Below are positions 36,223 to 46,676 of a stretch of 64,000 nucleotides of DNA, in pieces (position 1 is the stretch's first letter; every line of letters starts with the position of its first letter). The notes under the pieces are model-generated. The model made no database searches and was not told where the DNA came from. It saw only the letters and a list, made by a program, of their open reading frames with translations. Where the stretch lies: positions 30,440-94,439 of the forward strand of contig JAFGWT010000543.1 in the NCBI GenBank assembly GCA_016937015.1, given 5' to 3'. This stretch comes from Deltaproteobacteria bacterium (GTDB taxonomy: Bacteria > Myxococcota_A > Polyangia > JAAYKL01). The position numbers and the translations under genes are program-made.

Positions 36223-38946
36223 TTAGTTGCGTGTCATTTGCATCAGTGTTTTTTGGTTTCTTTTTATCGTTTTTGCTTTGGCACTTGAAACGTTATCTTT
36301 CATTTGCAAAAAGCGTTCGTACGATGCGAGAGCGTCTGAAGCATATTGATGGCGCAGTTTTTTAGATTTCTCTATTTTGGTCAGATTGTATTCTGTGCGA
36401 CCTTTTACAAACCATGTGTTTGGCGGAATTCGGCCTGATCGTCTGATAATCTCGTTAAAGTGTGCGAGAGAGGATTTCAACACATCATATTGCTGTTCGC
36501 GAGTCAGTTTTGTTTTTCCGTCCCTTCCTGAGTCCCCCTTCTGATACAGGTCCATTCCATTGTCGTAGAGTTGTTCAATATTCATCTCGGCGATAGGTTC
36601 GATGTTATAGAGAGATATTGATTCTGATGGCTTCGCAACTGGTGCATTTTCTGCTTCTTCTGGCGCCGACGGTTTGGCAATGACAGCTGATTCCATTGAT
36701 GTGGATTCCTGTGGGTTGACGGAAGATACCGCCGCAGTCGTTACATCACTCTGGTCAGCTGAGGCCTTTGTCAATGTTGAATCCGCAGACAGGGGAGGCG
36801 TTACCTCTGCGTTGGTGTTGCCAGTTCGTTTTATCTCTTTATCCTGTTTTGGCGACGCTGCTGCCGAATCTCCCCATGTTGGCAGCCTGTTCAGAACAGG
36901 AAGGCTGTCCTTCGAAATGGGTGACCATGGTGACAGGAGGATGGCCACAGTGCTGCACAATAGCAGCACAACACCAACAATAACCCCTGCAATCAGTTTT
37001 CTACTACCAGTTGAGCCGATTGGATAAAATGAGATATTGGATTCCTCGGGAATGTCCTCATCCACCACGGATTCCTGTAATTTTGACAGGTCGATTTGCT
37101 GAATCTCATCATCCCCATTAAACACTGCGTGTGACCCGATATCCGCATCTGTTTCCACTTGTCTGCTTTGCTGTGCAGCCAATGCACCAATGTTTTCGTG
37201 GGTGGTGGTCAATGTTGCTTCTTCATCCTGAGTGTCGGGCGTCTGATATACCGCGGGGGCGGGCAGGGTGCCGGTGGCGGGCTGCAGCTTAATCACGGGG
37301 GGCGTGCCGATTTTTGTCTGGCTTGGCGGTCTGTTTGGTTTGTTCGTTCGAGCTGATGTGCCTGCGATGGCCCCGGGAATAGTGGAAAACATTTCGTCAA
37401 TTTCTTCGGGATTCAGTTGTTGCAGCTCGTTTACATCCACTTCGTCGGTATCGTTACCGACCATTGCAGTGGCTTTGTTGACCATCGCAGATTTCCATTT
37501 TTCGGCTTCCAGTTTCAAGTCGTTTATTTCCGCCCGCAGGCCAGATAGTCCTTTCCCCATTAATTTACCAATGCGCATCTCCATATCGGTAAGTTCAACC
37601 TGCAACTCCGCGTGAATTCGTTCTTCAATTTTAGGCAGTTCCTCCGAAACCCATTTCTCCATGGTTTTGGAAATCTCACCTGTCGCGAGCGCCAGTACGT
37701 CTCCCCTTGTACCAGCCAGGCGCTTTTGAATGTCCGTCCGGATTCGAGACTCCAACTCATCCATCTGATCCGGCAGCTGATCCATAACTTTCTGTACAAT
37801 TGACTGCATTTCCGATTCGATAATCGATCGGCGGTGCGATCGTCGCGGCTCAAACGGATCAGCCGGTGCAATCGACGCAAAACTGTCTGCCGCCATACTG
37901 GTGCGCGATTTGAGTTTCGGGGAACTGTTTCGTTTTTTTGGACGCAACCTCGCAGAGCTTGGTCTGTGGGGCAATATGGAATCCATGGCCCCTTCTGAAA
38001 GAGGCCCCTGGGTCTGTTCTTTGTGATTGTTTTCAGGCATCATGGAGATTGTGCCACTTTCGTCGTTGTCGAGGTTTGCGAGATTTACGAGAGAAAACAT
38101 CCCGTTCGACATAATATTGTCATTTTGACGTGTCCCCTGCCAGCCTGGCGAAAAAACCACCACACACCCATGTGTTTTTCCAAATTCTCTGAGCGCTTCA
38201 GCAATTCGTTGTGCCTGTTCCCGTGGGTCACCTTCGCCCATCCAGTGTTTCAGCTGATTCAGTGGAAAACTGGAGAGCGCTGCTTCCCTCGAAAAGAAGA
38301 CAAGCTGCTCGTTTTTTTTCATTGGTACAGTATTGGTTTGTATCTGCGGAATGAAATCACCTAAATCGCCAATCTTGCTGAACAGTCCACCGGCAATGTG
38401 ATCCTGCGTCAGCTTTTGAACCCTGGCGCCCACCAGATATTGCTGCGATTCGCCTCTATGGGAAATGTGAATTCCTCCATCGTAGTAGACAACCGCTTCC
38501 AGACTGTTGGTAATCCTGCTTATTAGACTGTTTTTCGCAGGTGCTTTTACATTGTTGGCCGCCTCCATTTTGTACGCGACCATCTCATCCTGCCCGTGGG
38601 TTACAGTATCCACCAGCATCTGATCAAGACCAGAGACTGTCTGTCCAAGCAGATTGCGAAACGCCGGATCGGAAGCGTCGACGTTGTCTGCCTTGCCGGC
38701 ACTGTTTTTTAAATAGTTGGAGATGTATTCCGCGATCAATGCGGTCGCAGTATTGCCCAGCTCATCAAGGATGGCAGTGTCAACACCGCTGCCTCGAAGT
38801 CGAATAGTATGGGCTTCCGCCATAACGATGGCGCCGTTTTCGGGATTTACAGTCAAATGGACTGTGCCGGATTTTTCAGGATCCAGAAATGCGACCCCAA
38901 CAGCACCGTTGGAGAACATGTTTTCGTCAACCGTCATGTCATCCAA
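36223..38946 (-). CDS. 907-aa single-TM protein: N-terminal PP2C-like (degenerate) domain, coiled coil, TM, C-terminal helical domain
   Basis: N-terminal 270 aa have PP2C-like layout but metal-binding DGxGG replaced (ILDELGNTAT); Pro/Ser-rich linker, coiled coil, TM helix LIAGVIVGVVLLLCSTVAILL; function unknown. Confidence 0.45.
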   Translation of the reverse strand: MDDMTVDENMFSNGAVGVAFLDPEKSGTVHLTVNPENGAIVMAEAHTIRLRGSGVDTAILDELGNTATALIAEYISNYLKNSAGKADNVDASDPAFRNLLGQTVSGLDQMLVDTVTHGQDEMVAYKMEAANNVKAPAKNSLISRITNSLEAVVYYDGGIHISHRGESQQYLVGARVQKLTQDHIAGGLFSKIGDLGDFIPQIQTNTVPMKKNEQLVFFSREAALSSFPLNQLKHWMGEGDPREQAQRIAEALREFGKTHGCVVVFSPGWQGTRQNDNIMSNGMFSLVNLANLDNDESGTISMMPENNHKEQTQGPLSEGAMDSILPHRPSSARLRPKKRNSSPKLKSRTSMAADSFASIAPADPFEPRRSHRRSIIESEMQSIVQKVMDQLPDQMDELESRIRTDIQKRLAGTRGDVLALATGEISKTMEKWVSEELPKIEERIHAELQVELTDMEMRIGKLMGKGLSGLRAEINDLKLEAEKWKSAMVNKATAMVGNDTDEVDVNELQQLNPEEIDEMFSTIPGAIAGTSARTNKPNRPPSQTKIGTPPVIKLQPATGTLPAPAVYQTPDTQDEEATLTTTHENIGALAAQQSRQVETDADIGSHAVFNGDDEIQQIDLSKLQESVVDEDIPEESNISFYPIGSTGSRKLIAGVIVGVVLLLCSTVAILLSPWSPISKDSLPVLNRLPTWGDSAAASPKQDKEIKRTGNTNAEVTPPLSADSTLTKASADQSDVTTAAVSSVNPQESTSMESAVIAKPSAPEEAENAPVAKPSESISLYNIEPIAEMNIEQLYDNGMDLYQKGDSGRDGKTKLTREQQYDVLKSSLAHFNEIIRRSGRIPPNTWFVKGRTEYNLTKIEKSKKLRHQYASDALASYERFLQMKDNVSSAKAKTIKRNQKTLMQMTRN

Positions 38947-39014
38947 AACGGCAGTTGCCTTACTTTATCTTAGGTTTTTTAATCAGATGAGGTTACTTTT
39001 TTACCGAAAATTCA

Positions 39015-41603
39015 TCAAAGTGCGTGATAATTTTGAGTTGTCGGTTCCCTGGAAGGAATCAATCCTGGGTTCTCAATCAGATGGCACATAACGAAACTGT
39101 CTGTCTGAATCGTTTTGAATAGTGCCATGCGATTCAGCGCATCAGGTATTGGGGTGTACATCTGCAATTTAGTGACAGTGCCGGTTCTGAACGATTCATA
39201 TCGAATTTGTGTATCCGACACGCCGCGTCGGCGCAGTGCATCAACCAATGGCCTGTACAGTGTTGGTGGGCCACAAATGAAATATGTTTTTCTGTCGAGG
39301 TTGTCAGGGAACAGCTCCAATACACCGCGGACTGATACACGACCGGTTCTGCCTTTCCAGAAACGGGAAGGACGAGAAAGGATGTGTGTTAGTCTGATGT
39401 TTGGATTTCTATTAACGACCTCGTTAATTTCGTCTTTGAATATTAAATCGGCCTCATGTCTGGCGCCGTACACCAGGTGAACCCGAGGTGCTTCGCGACT
39501 GCCGTCAAATTCCCGGAGCATGCTCATTATGGGAGTGATACCGCTACCTACCGCAATGGCCACAATGTCCTTTGTATCGCGTTCGGGAACATACACAAAA
39601 TCACCGAACGGTCCTGTTACAGAAAGCCTGTCTCCCACGCGCACATCGTTTACCAGCCAGCGGGACATGTTGCCGCCGGGCTGTGCTTTGACCGTGATAT
39701 CCAAATATTTGCCGTTTTCCGGCGCAGACGAAATACTGTACGCCCTTGTGACTCGTTGGCCACGGATATCCGCTGTGACATCCATATATTGACCTGCCCT
39801 GAAGTGCATGAACCGTTCTTTTTCCGGAAACAGACGCAAAGTCACCGTATCTGCCGTTTCAACTTTTCGAGATGTCACTTTCACCAGAATGTTGGCCGCG
39901 TGAAATCGCGCTGATTTATCGTAAGTACTGATGAAGGGTTCTTCCAGCGAGGAATTGTCGTACTTTCTGTACTTGCTTCGAATCACTTTTCCCACCCGTT
40001 TGCCGTCCCGAAACATCAGTTTCCAGCCATTAAGGCGCCGTTGCAGCGTTTGGTCGCGCACCGTCTGGCTCGCGCCGATGCCATAGGGGAGTTCATTCAC
40101 TTCTCCCCATTGCTCAAGAATGCACATAGCCGTGTTGTATCCGGATGTAATCACGCCCTGGTAGCCAGCGCTCGGGCGCGTCCATGCGCCTGCAAACCAA
40201 AGACCTTCCAGAGGCCCTTTGTTGTCCATTCGGAACCCCGGATTTTCCTCTGGCGTATTCGCGAAGCCATATATGGCGCCCTGCGGGTTTCCGGTATACC
40301 TGACATTGCTGACCGGCGTCGATACTATTTGAGTTTCAATTGCATCCCTTATCGCGGGGAACCGCTCGGCGACAATCTTTAGCAGCATTTTGCCGTAGCG
40401 CTCCTTTTCGATTGCATACTCCGCATCATTCAGGCTTGTCCACACCTCTCCCTGCTGAAGAATTGTAATCGCCAGCACGCCTTTTCCTTTCCGAGCAAAC
40501 GATGGGTTGGCGATGTCATATGCACACACCGAAACAACACCGGGAGAGCATAACTGGCCACAGCTTTCCCATTGCTTGTTCATATCTGTCTCCAGGTTGA
40601 TGTACAACTCGTGGTTGTGGATTCCCAACTCCCGGGTTGGTCGGTTCAGTCCAAGATAAAGCGTCACTGTTCCCGCACTGGGGGCGGCTGCCTCAAGACG
40701 GCGGATATGTTTGGGTTGAATGTGTTGCCTGTCAATGAGCCGTGTCAGTGTGCTGTATGGATCCGCGTTGGATATGACCGTATCTGTGAAGAAGGTATCG
40801 CCTTTGTCGCTTACAACCCCACAAACCCGACCATTTTCAACCAGAATCTGCTGAATTCCTTCTGACAGATGCACTTCGCCTCCATTTTCGCGAATTACAT
40901 CGGCATAAGCATTTGATAGTGACTGACTTTTTCCTTCAATTGTTACCGCTCCCCAGGTCAGGTAGCTGCTGACGCCGGCCGCAAACAGTAAGAACGACAG
41001 TTTGTCAGGGGGCAATCCGAAGTATCCCCAAAGCTGACCGAGAACCAGTTTCAGATTATCATTGGATATGTACCGGTTCATAACGTCCGATACAGTGGTT
41101 CCGGCTGCGTGCGCAAGGTTGGGAAATCGAGCCAGTGTTGGTAACGGGCTGGTCCCATATCCGCCTTCGCGAATGAGCTGAACTTCTTTGCCGACCGTAA
41201 CGATCTGCTGGATAAACGAATGAATCCCCGCTGCTTCGTCTGGAAATGCACTGATCAACACCGATTCGGCGTTGGCCGGAGAACGCGGGATGGTGATGTC
41301 CACACCATCTGCCATTGTGCGATACAGGTCCGGCAAAGGAATGAAGTTAACTTTGTCCAGTATGCCCAATGCGTCATAAAAAGTCCTGAGCGGTCCAGGA
41401 TTATCGGGTGTGCCAACACCGCTCATGGCATGAAGAGAAACTTCAAACTCAAAACCGTCTCTGAAAAAAGTTGTTGCGTATCCGCCCGGCTGACTGTGCC
41501 GTTCAAATACCGCCACTTTATGTCTATTTTTTGCAAGCGTTGCCGCGACGGTTAATCCCCCAAGGCCACTGCCCACAATGATTGCTTTAAACTGATTTCT
41601 CAT
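39015..41603 (-). CDS. fusion flavoenzyme: CrtI/phytoene-desaturase-like FAD oxidoreductase + C-terminal FNR-like (FAD/NAD(P)-binding) reductase domain
   Basis: N-terminal dinucleotide-binding GSGLGGL..VFERHSQPGG; C-terminal RAYSISS (RxYS FAD motif) and GSGITP (NAD(P) motif) of ferredoxin-reductase-type domains. Confidence 0.7.
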   Translation of the reverse strand: MRNQFKAIIVGSGLGGLTVAATLAKNRHKVAVFERHSQPGGYATTFFRDGFEFEVSLHAMSGVGTPDNPGPLRTFYDALGILDKVNFIPLPDLYRTMADGVDITIPRSPANAESVLISAFPDEAAGIHSFIQQIVTVGKEVQLIREGGYGTSPLPTLARFPNLAHAAGTTVSDVMNRYISNDNLKLVLGQLWGYFGLPPDKLSFLLFAAGVSSYLTWGAVTIEGKSQSLSNAYADVIRENGGEVHLSEGIQQILVENGRVCGVVSDKGDTFFTDTVISNADPYSTLTRLIDRQHIQPKHIRRLEAAAPSAGTVTLYLGLNRPTRELGIHNHELYINLETDMNKQWESCGQLCSPGVVSVCAYDIANPSFARKGKGVLAITILQQGEVWTSLNDAEYAIEKERYGKMLLKIVAERFPAIRDAIETQIVSTPVSNVRYTGNPQGAIYGFANTPEENPGFRMDNKGPLEGLWFAGAWTRPSAGYQGVITSGYNTAMCILEQWGEVNELPYGIGASQTVRDQTLQRRLNGWKLMFRDGKRVGKVIRSKYRKYDNSSLEEPFISTYDKSARFHAANILVKVTSRKVETADTVTLRLFPEKERFMHFRAGQYMDVTADIRGQRVTRAYSISSAPENGKYLDITVKAQPGGNMSRWLVNDVRVGDRLSVTGPFGDFVYVPERDTKDIVAIAVGSGITPIMSMLREFDGSREAPRVHLVYGARHEADLIFKDEINEVVNRNPNIRLTHILSRPSRFWKGRTGRVSVRGVLELFPDNLDRKTYFICGPPTLYRPLVDALRRRGVSDTQIRYESFRTGTVTKLQMYTPIPDALNRMALFKTIQTDSFVMCHLIENPGLIPSREPTTQNYHAL

Positions 41604-41634
41604 CGTCTTCCTCCGCTGGGATTGCCACGTTTTG

Positions 41635-42237
41635 CTATGCGTTGTTGCGAATGTTTTTCAGAATGTCGTATGCGTTGCTCACGAACCCTCGCGAGAAGAG
41701 GGACGGTGGAACACTGCCACCCAGATCCAGATGATTTATGTAGGTTATCCTGGTTCGCTTTCCGCCGTCTATGGGGGTCAGCGTCCAGCTGCCCTGAACA
41801 TTGCGCACAGGAATACCTTTGGGATTTACTGGTTTTCGCTCATTGGTTTTAGTCCAGCGCCGAACATATTGCGGATACCCATCCACATCAGTTACCTGCC
41901 AGTTCACTTTAACTACATAATGTCTGTCTTTAATCATCCAGTTGCCCAGCCGCACATACACGTAATCACAGCCGTTACCGCAGCTGTCAATGGTATTATG
42001 TTCTTTCAGTCCATCGATTTTTATGGTTTCAGTTACGTATTCCCACACCCTTGGGGTGGGCGCATTAATTGTAGTCACCGCTTTTACTTCCGGCACTTCA
42101 CTTTTGGGGTGATTCGTAGTGAATACACTGATTCCCTCCTCTTTGCCATGTCTCTCCCATTTACCCTTTGCATTGACATCCGAGACCAGTACCAGTGCTG
42201 CCGTGGCAAGGCTGACTGTTACAACTGAATTAATCAT
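41635..42237 (-). CDS. secreted START/SRPBCC-domain lipid-binding protein
   Basis: signal peptide; ~170-aa domain with START-like pattern (VWEYVTE...KE..TIDSCGNG...YVVKVNW...GSWTLTPIDGGK.RITY); weakly supported. Confidence 0.5.
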   Translation of the reverse strand: MINSVVTVSLATAALVLVSDVNAKGKWERHGKEEGISVFTTNHPKSEVPEVKAVTTINAPTPRVWEYVTETIKIDGLKEHNTIDSCGNGCDYVYVRLGNWMIKDRHYVVKVNWQVTDVDGYPQYVRRWTKTNERKPVNPKGIPVRNVQGSWTLTPIDGGKRTRITYINHLDLGGSVPPSLFSRGFVSNAYDILKNIRNNA

Positions 42238-42457
42238 GACTATCCTCCGTTAATGCGCGTTTTCTTCAGCTATTGTAATGAGTGATGAGTGATGATGCGC
42301 AATTTTGAATAATTTAAATCTCTTCAAAAATTAGTCAACGATTTTGCGCCAGATTTTATCTAAGTGTTTATTATTGCGTTATTAATTGTTTTGGGAGTTA
42401 TTGGGCAAAATGTTTTTGACGGATTTTTGAATAGATAATTTCGCAAGGAAGGCTTAG

Positions 42458-43036
42458 CTAAGCGGCCTGTTCAAGCTCGCTACGGGAGCCAAGTCGGGTG
42501 CGGAGGGCGTTGCGACCCCGGTGGAGACGAGACATGACAGTGCCAACCGGACATGTCAGTTCACCAGCGGCCTCCGCATATGACAGGCCGTTCACATCGC
42601 ACAGCATAACCACCTGACGATATTCCGGTTTCAGCTCATCCATGGCTGCCGTGACGGTGTCGCCAAAACCGTCATCATTATACACATTGCCATCCTGGTG
42701 TGTGGTACGTCGTCCCATCTCGCCAATCGACCATGTTCTGAGCGCATAGCTGCCTTCTTCTTCCATGGTTTTCTCTTCAAGTCTGATTCGTCTGACAATG
42801 GAGATGTACCGATTTTTCATTATGCGGGCGAGCCATGCTCTGATGTTGGTACCTTCCTGATAGCTGGTGCGAAATTTGAGTGCCAATAGCATCGTGTCCT
42901 GAAGAAGATCTTCGGCACGGGATACATCGTGGGTCAGCGACACTGCGAGTTTCAACAGATTGCCGCGGTGGTCTTCAAGCTGGTTTTCAAAACTAATAAT
43001 GTCATTGAAATTTCTGGCGATATTTTTCATGGTCAT
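42458..43036 (-). CDS. ECF-type RNA polymerase sigma factor
   Basis: region 2 (LLQDTMLLALKFRTSY..NIRAWLARIMKNRYIS) and region 4 (SYAEAAGELTCPVGTVMSRLHRGRNAL) motifs; no obvious anti-sigma adjacent. Confidence 0.85.
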   Translation of the reverse strand: MTMKNIARNFNDIISFENQLEDHRGNLLKLAVSLTHDVSRAEDLLQDTMLLALKFRTSYQEGTNIRAWLARIMKNRYISIVRRIRLEEKTMEEEGSYALRTWSIGEMGRRTTHQDGNVYNDDGFGDTVTAAMDELKPEYRQVVMLCDVNGLSYAEAAGELTCPVGTVMSRLHRGRNALRTRLGSRSELEQAA

Positions 43037-43237
43037 TCCTCTTTCCCGTTGCTAAGTGGTTGTTGATAGAGCTATTGAGCAAAGACAATGCCAGGATTGT
43101 CCCAATTGGCGGATTTTGGAAAAAATTAATTAATTCGTAGGTTTAAGAGGATGGCTGTGTTGGATTGAACATCAGTGATGCCGAGATTGCAGGAGGAATT
43201 GTCTTTTTTTAAGCGATTTTATATGCAATTAGTAGAT

Positions 43238-43657
43238 TTAATGGTTTCGTTCATGCTGACAGAGCTCAGTCAGAACACCGGCGGTGGATTTGGGATGAAG
43301 AAAAGCGATTTGCGCGCCACCGGCACCGATTCGAGGTGTTTCGTCTATCAGGCGCAGCCCATCCGCCTGAGCCTCTTTCAGCGATTCCTCCAAATCATCG
43401 ACCTCAAAGGCAATGTGATGAAATTTGGGTTTGTTGTCGTTGCCGGATAAAAACTTTTGCACGGGACTGTCTTCGGCAGTGGGTTCCAAAAGCTCTATTC
43501 GAGATTCACCCACCTGCAGAAAGGCCACTCTGACCTTTTGATCGGCGACATCCTCAGTGCCCAGAAACGACAGCCCCAGGGTGTCTCTAAAGATATGCAG
43601 ATATTCTTCGATGTTGGGGACCGCAATTCCAATATGACTGATTTTCTTTGCTGACAT
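43238..43657 (-). CDS. VOC-family protein, methylmalonyl-CoA epimerase-like
   Basis: start set at Met with AAGGAT RBS; ISHIGIAV ... HIAFEVDD ... metal-ligand pattern of glyoxalase/MCE fold. Confidence 0.65.
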   Translation of the reverse strand: MSAKKISHIGIAVPNIEEYLHIFRDTLGLSFLGTEDVADQKVRVAFLQVGESRIELLEPTAEDSPVQKFLSGNDNKPKFHHIAFEVDDLEESLKEAQADGLRLIDETPRIGAGGAQIAFLHPKSTAGVLTELCQHERNH

Positions 43658-43871
43658 GTTTTTTATCCTTTCATACAGAAGTCGCACCATACGTTATCCG
43701 GCTGCAAAAGTACATATTTGTCATTGCCAACAAAATCACCACAGACTTATCATAACGGCTTCTAACGATTTTCGATTTGGTGTATAGCGATTGGCAACCT
43801 TGAGAAGGGGCGATTTAAAGGTGCGCAGTCACCGAGACAATACGTTTTAAGAAAACTTTAAGGACGAAATA

Positions 43872-45692
43872 ATGAAGAAGTATGATGCGATTGCGGTAAT
43901 TGATTTTGGTGGACAGTACGCTCATCTGATTGCGAACAAGGTTCGGCGGCAAAATGTGCTGGCAGAGATTAGACAACCTGAGGATTCGGTTGAGACCCTT
44001 GCCGGCTACAGGGGAATCATCCTTTCGGGAAGCCCGGCGCTCACATCACAGGGGGATGAGCCCGGATTCAATACCGAAATTCTCAACATGGATTTGCCAA
44101 TACTGGGTCTGTGTTTTGGGCATCAGGAGATCGCGCATCGCTATGGCGGTGAAATCGAACATCATGGCCGGGAATGGGGCTTCGCCAATTTCTACAAATC
44201 AATTGATCATCCTCTGTTTGAGGGGCTGAACGAAGTGGAGCAGGTGTGGATGAGTCACAATGATTCCGTTGTGGCAGTGGGGGAAGGGTTTGAGGAATTC
44301 GGTTACACCACTCTCGAAAAAGGTGGGAAGAAGCACGGTTTTGCAGCGATTGGCTCTGATAAGTATAAACGATACGGCGTTCAGTTTCATCCCGAAGTTG
44401 ACGATACCCCTAATGGTCATGTGATTATCTCCAACTTCGTCAAAAATATTTGCGGGTGCAAACCATCATGGACAATGGAAAGCTATCTCGCTGGTCAGGT
44501 GGATCGCATCCGTGAACAGGTGGGTGACGGGTCGGTTTTCCTGCTGGCATCGGGAGGTGTGGACTCCACGGTTGCTGCCAAACTGTTTGCGGAAGCCATA
44601 GGCAATGATCGACTGCACCTGTTGCACATCGATAATGGATTGATGCGAAAGAATGAAAGCCAAAACGTTATTGAGATGTACAGGCGTCTTGGTCTTGACA
44701 CCAATTTTCATTTTTACGACGCCACAGATGATTTTTTGAATGCTCTGGGCGACGAAATCTCTCCAGAAGAAAAGCGCCGCATCATTGGCAATACCTTTGT
44801 TGAGGTCTTTGACAAAAAGGCGCGAGAACTGGGTATCGAAGATCATTTACTGGGGCAGGGCACCATTTATCCCGATACCATCGAAACCGGCGCCACAAAA
44901 AGATCCGATACAATCAAGACCCATCACAACCGGGTGCCAATCATCGATGAGCTGATTAAACAGGGTAAAGTGATTGAACCGCTGGCGGATCTCTACAAGG
45001 TTGAAGTGAGGGAGCTGGGTGAAAAACTGGGCATTGATGCCAAAGCGGTATGGCGGCATCCGTTCCCAGGGCCTGGGCTTGGGGTGCGGCTGTTATGCAG
45101 CGATGGGAGTGACGACGACGATTTATCCGAGCCGACTCGTCTCGCGAACAGGATTGCAGAGGAATATGGGCTCACTGCTGTTGCTTTGCCAATCAAATCA
45201 GTTGGCGTAAAGGCGGATTTGCGTACGTATGAACATCCTGTTGTCATTAATGGTGACGCGCCATTTTCCACATTGCAGGAAGCGGCCGGACGTATTTTTA
45301 AGGAAGTGGCCGGAATCAATCGCTGCATCTGGAATCTGTCTGACGTGCCAATTATGGATGCTGCACCACTTGCTGCCACTATGGAAAAAGAACGACTGGA
45401 TCTGTTGCGTGAAGCCGATGCGGTGGTCATGGATGGCCTTCGTCGTCATGGCCTTTACGACAGCATATGGCAGTGCCCGACCGTGTTTATTCCCATGAGT
45501 GTCAACGGCAAGGGACAGGAGCTCTGCGTTGTGCGCCCAATTCACTCCGAACGGGCAATGACCGCCACTGCTGCCAGTCTCCCTCAAAAACTTATCATTG
45601 AACTTCGGGAGCAGATTCTCCGGCTCAGAGGTATTTCCGGACTTACCCTGGATTTGACCTCAAAGCCGCCTGGCACTATAGAGTGGGAATAA
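43872..45692 (+). CDS. guaA: GMP synthase (glutamine-hydrolysing)
   Basis: class-I GATase (LGLCFGHQ), PP-loop SGGVDS, C-terminal KPPGTIEWE identical in style to GuaA termini. Confidence 0.9.
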   Translation: MKKYDAIAVIDFGGQYAHLIANKVRRQNVLAEIRQPEDSVETLAGYRGIILSGSPALTSQGDEPGFNTEILNMDLPILGLCFGHQEIAHRYGGEIEHHGREWGFANFYKSIDHPLFEGLNEVEQVWMSHNDSVVAVGEGFEEFGYTTLEKGGKKHGFAAIGSDKYKRYGVQFHPEVDDTPNGHVIISNFVKNICGCKPSWTMESYLAGQVDRIREQVGDGSVFLLASGGVDSTVAAKLFAEAIGNDRLHLLHIDNGLMRKNESQNVIEMYRRLGLDTNFHFYDATDDFLNALGDEISPEEKRRIIGNTFVEVFDKKARELGIEDHLLGQGTIYPDTIETGATKRSDTIKTHHNRVPIIDELIKQGKVIEPLADLYKVEVRELGEKLGIDAKAVWRHPFPGPGLGVRLLCSDGSDDDDLSEPTRLANRIAEEYGLTAVALPIKSVGVKADLRTYEHPVVINGDAPFSTLQEAAGRIFKEVAGINRCIWNLSDVPIMDAAPLAATMEKERLDLLREADAVVMDGLRRHGLYDSIWQCPTVFIPMSVNGKGQELCVVRPIHSERAMTATAASLPQKLIIELREQILRLRGISGLTLDLTSKPPGTIEWE

Positions 45693-45714
45693 TAGGTAAT
45701 TTCTGTATATCGCT

Positions 45715-46077
45715 TTATCTGCGGATTTTCAGGTTGGTTTTCTCACGATGTTTGTCGAGATGAATTGCCCGGTGATGGGCAGTCTGGGCGAATCGTTCAA
45801 CAATTTTGGGTAAATCCGAATTCTCCCAGACATCAGCAAACAACTTTGAGTCCAGCAGGCGACGGTGCACCTGATACAGGGATTCGCCGTCCTGCGTGTA
45901 TTGAATATCCTGCTGATTTATTTTAATATTGCCGTCAAAGATTTTGTCGCACAGTGATCGAACTGTGTAGTCAAAGAATTTTTCAACATCTGACGAAGAC
46001 TCTGCGCCACTCATCTGGCTTCGATACTGATGCATTAAGTCATTTTCAAACCTGTTGTATGAAATCCGTGTAGCCAT
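45715..46077 (-). CDS. hypothetical 120-aa protein
   Basis: ORF only; no recognisable motifs. Confidence 0.3.
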   Translation of the reverse strand: MATRISYNRFENDLMHQYRSQMSGAESSSDVEKFFDYTVRSLCDKIFDGNIKINQQDIQYTQDGESLYQVHRRLLDSKLFADVWENSDLPKIVERFAQTAHHRAIHLDKHREKTNLKIRR

Positions 46078-46676
46078 GCATTACTCCTTCTTCTGAAATT
46101 CCGCAGTCTTATGCCATCGTTACAGGCAGGCAAAAATACAGAATTTCCCGCTATTGGCGTTTTCCGCCTTATTGATAAATTGTAAAAACGTTTTGTGATT
46201 TGATGTCCGACTGACGCGAACCCAAAAACAGCTGGAAGAATGTGTTTTCACACGTGTTGCTGTCATGCCTAAAACATATTCACTGCAGCGGGACATGCAA
46301 TTTTAAATGCAGATATTTTGAACCTTCACACGATAGGAAAGTGGCCCTGCGCCATAATTTCGATTTAATTTATCTATAGGCTATCTTCATTTTTTGGGGG
46401 ATTGTTTGCCAGAATAATGCTGACCCAGGCGATTCAGCGCCCAGTAGAAAAGGGGGATGGCGCCGTTCGCTGATATTTCTTTGAATTTCAGAATTTATCA
46501 TCAGAATTTATTAATTGATACTTTATTTATGCGCGCAATGTTGATAGATGGCGAACGTTGCCGGTAGTTGACAGCATCCCTCGATATTTCAGGAAGGTGA
46601 TTCATTGACAGTTGCGTGACGACGCATAAACACATAAGTTATTATGTGCCTTTTCCAGATTCGGTGGAGAATCATT

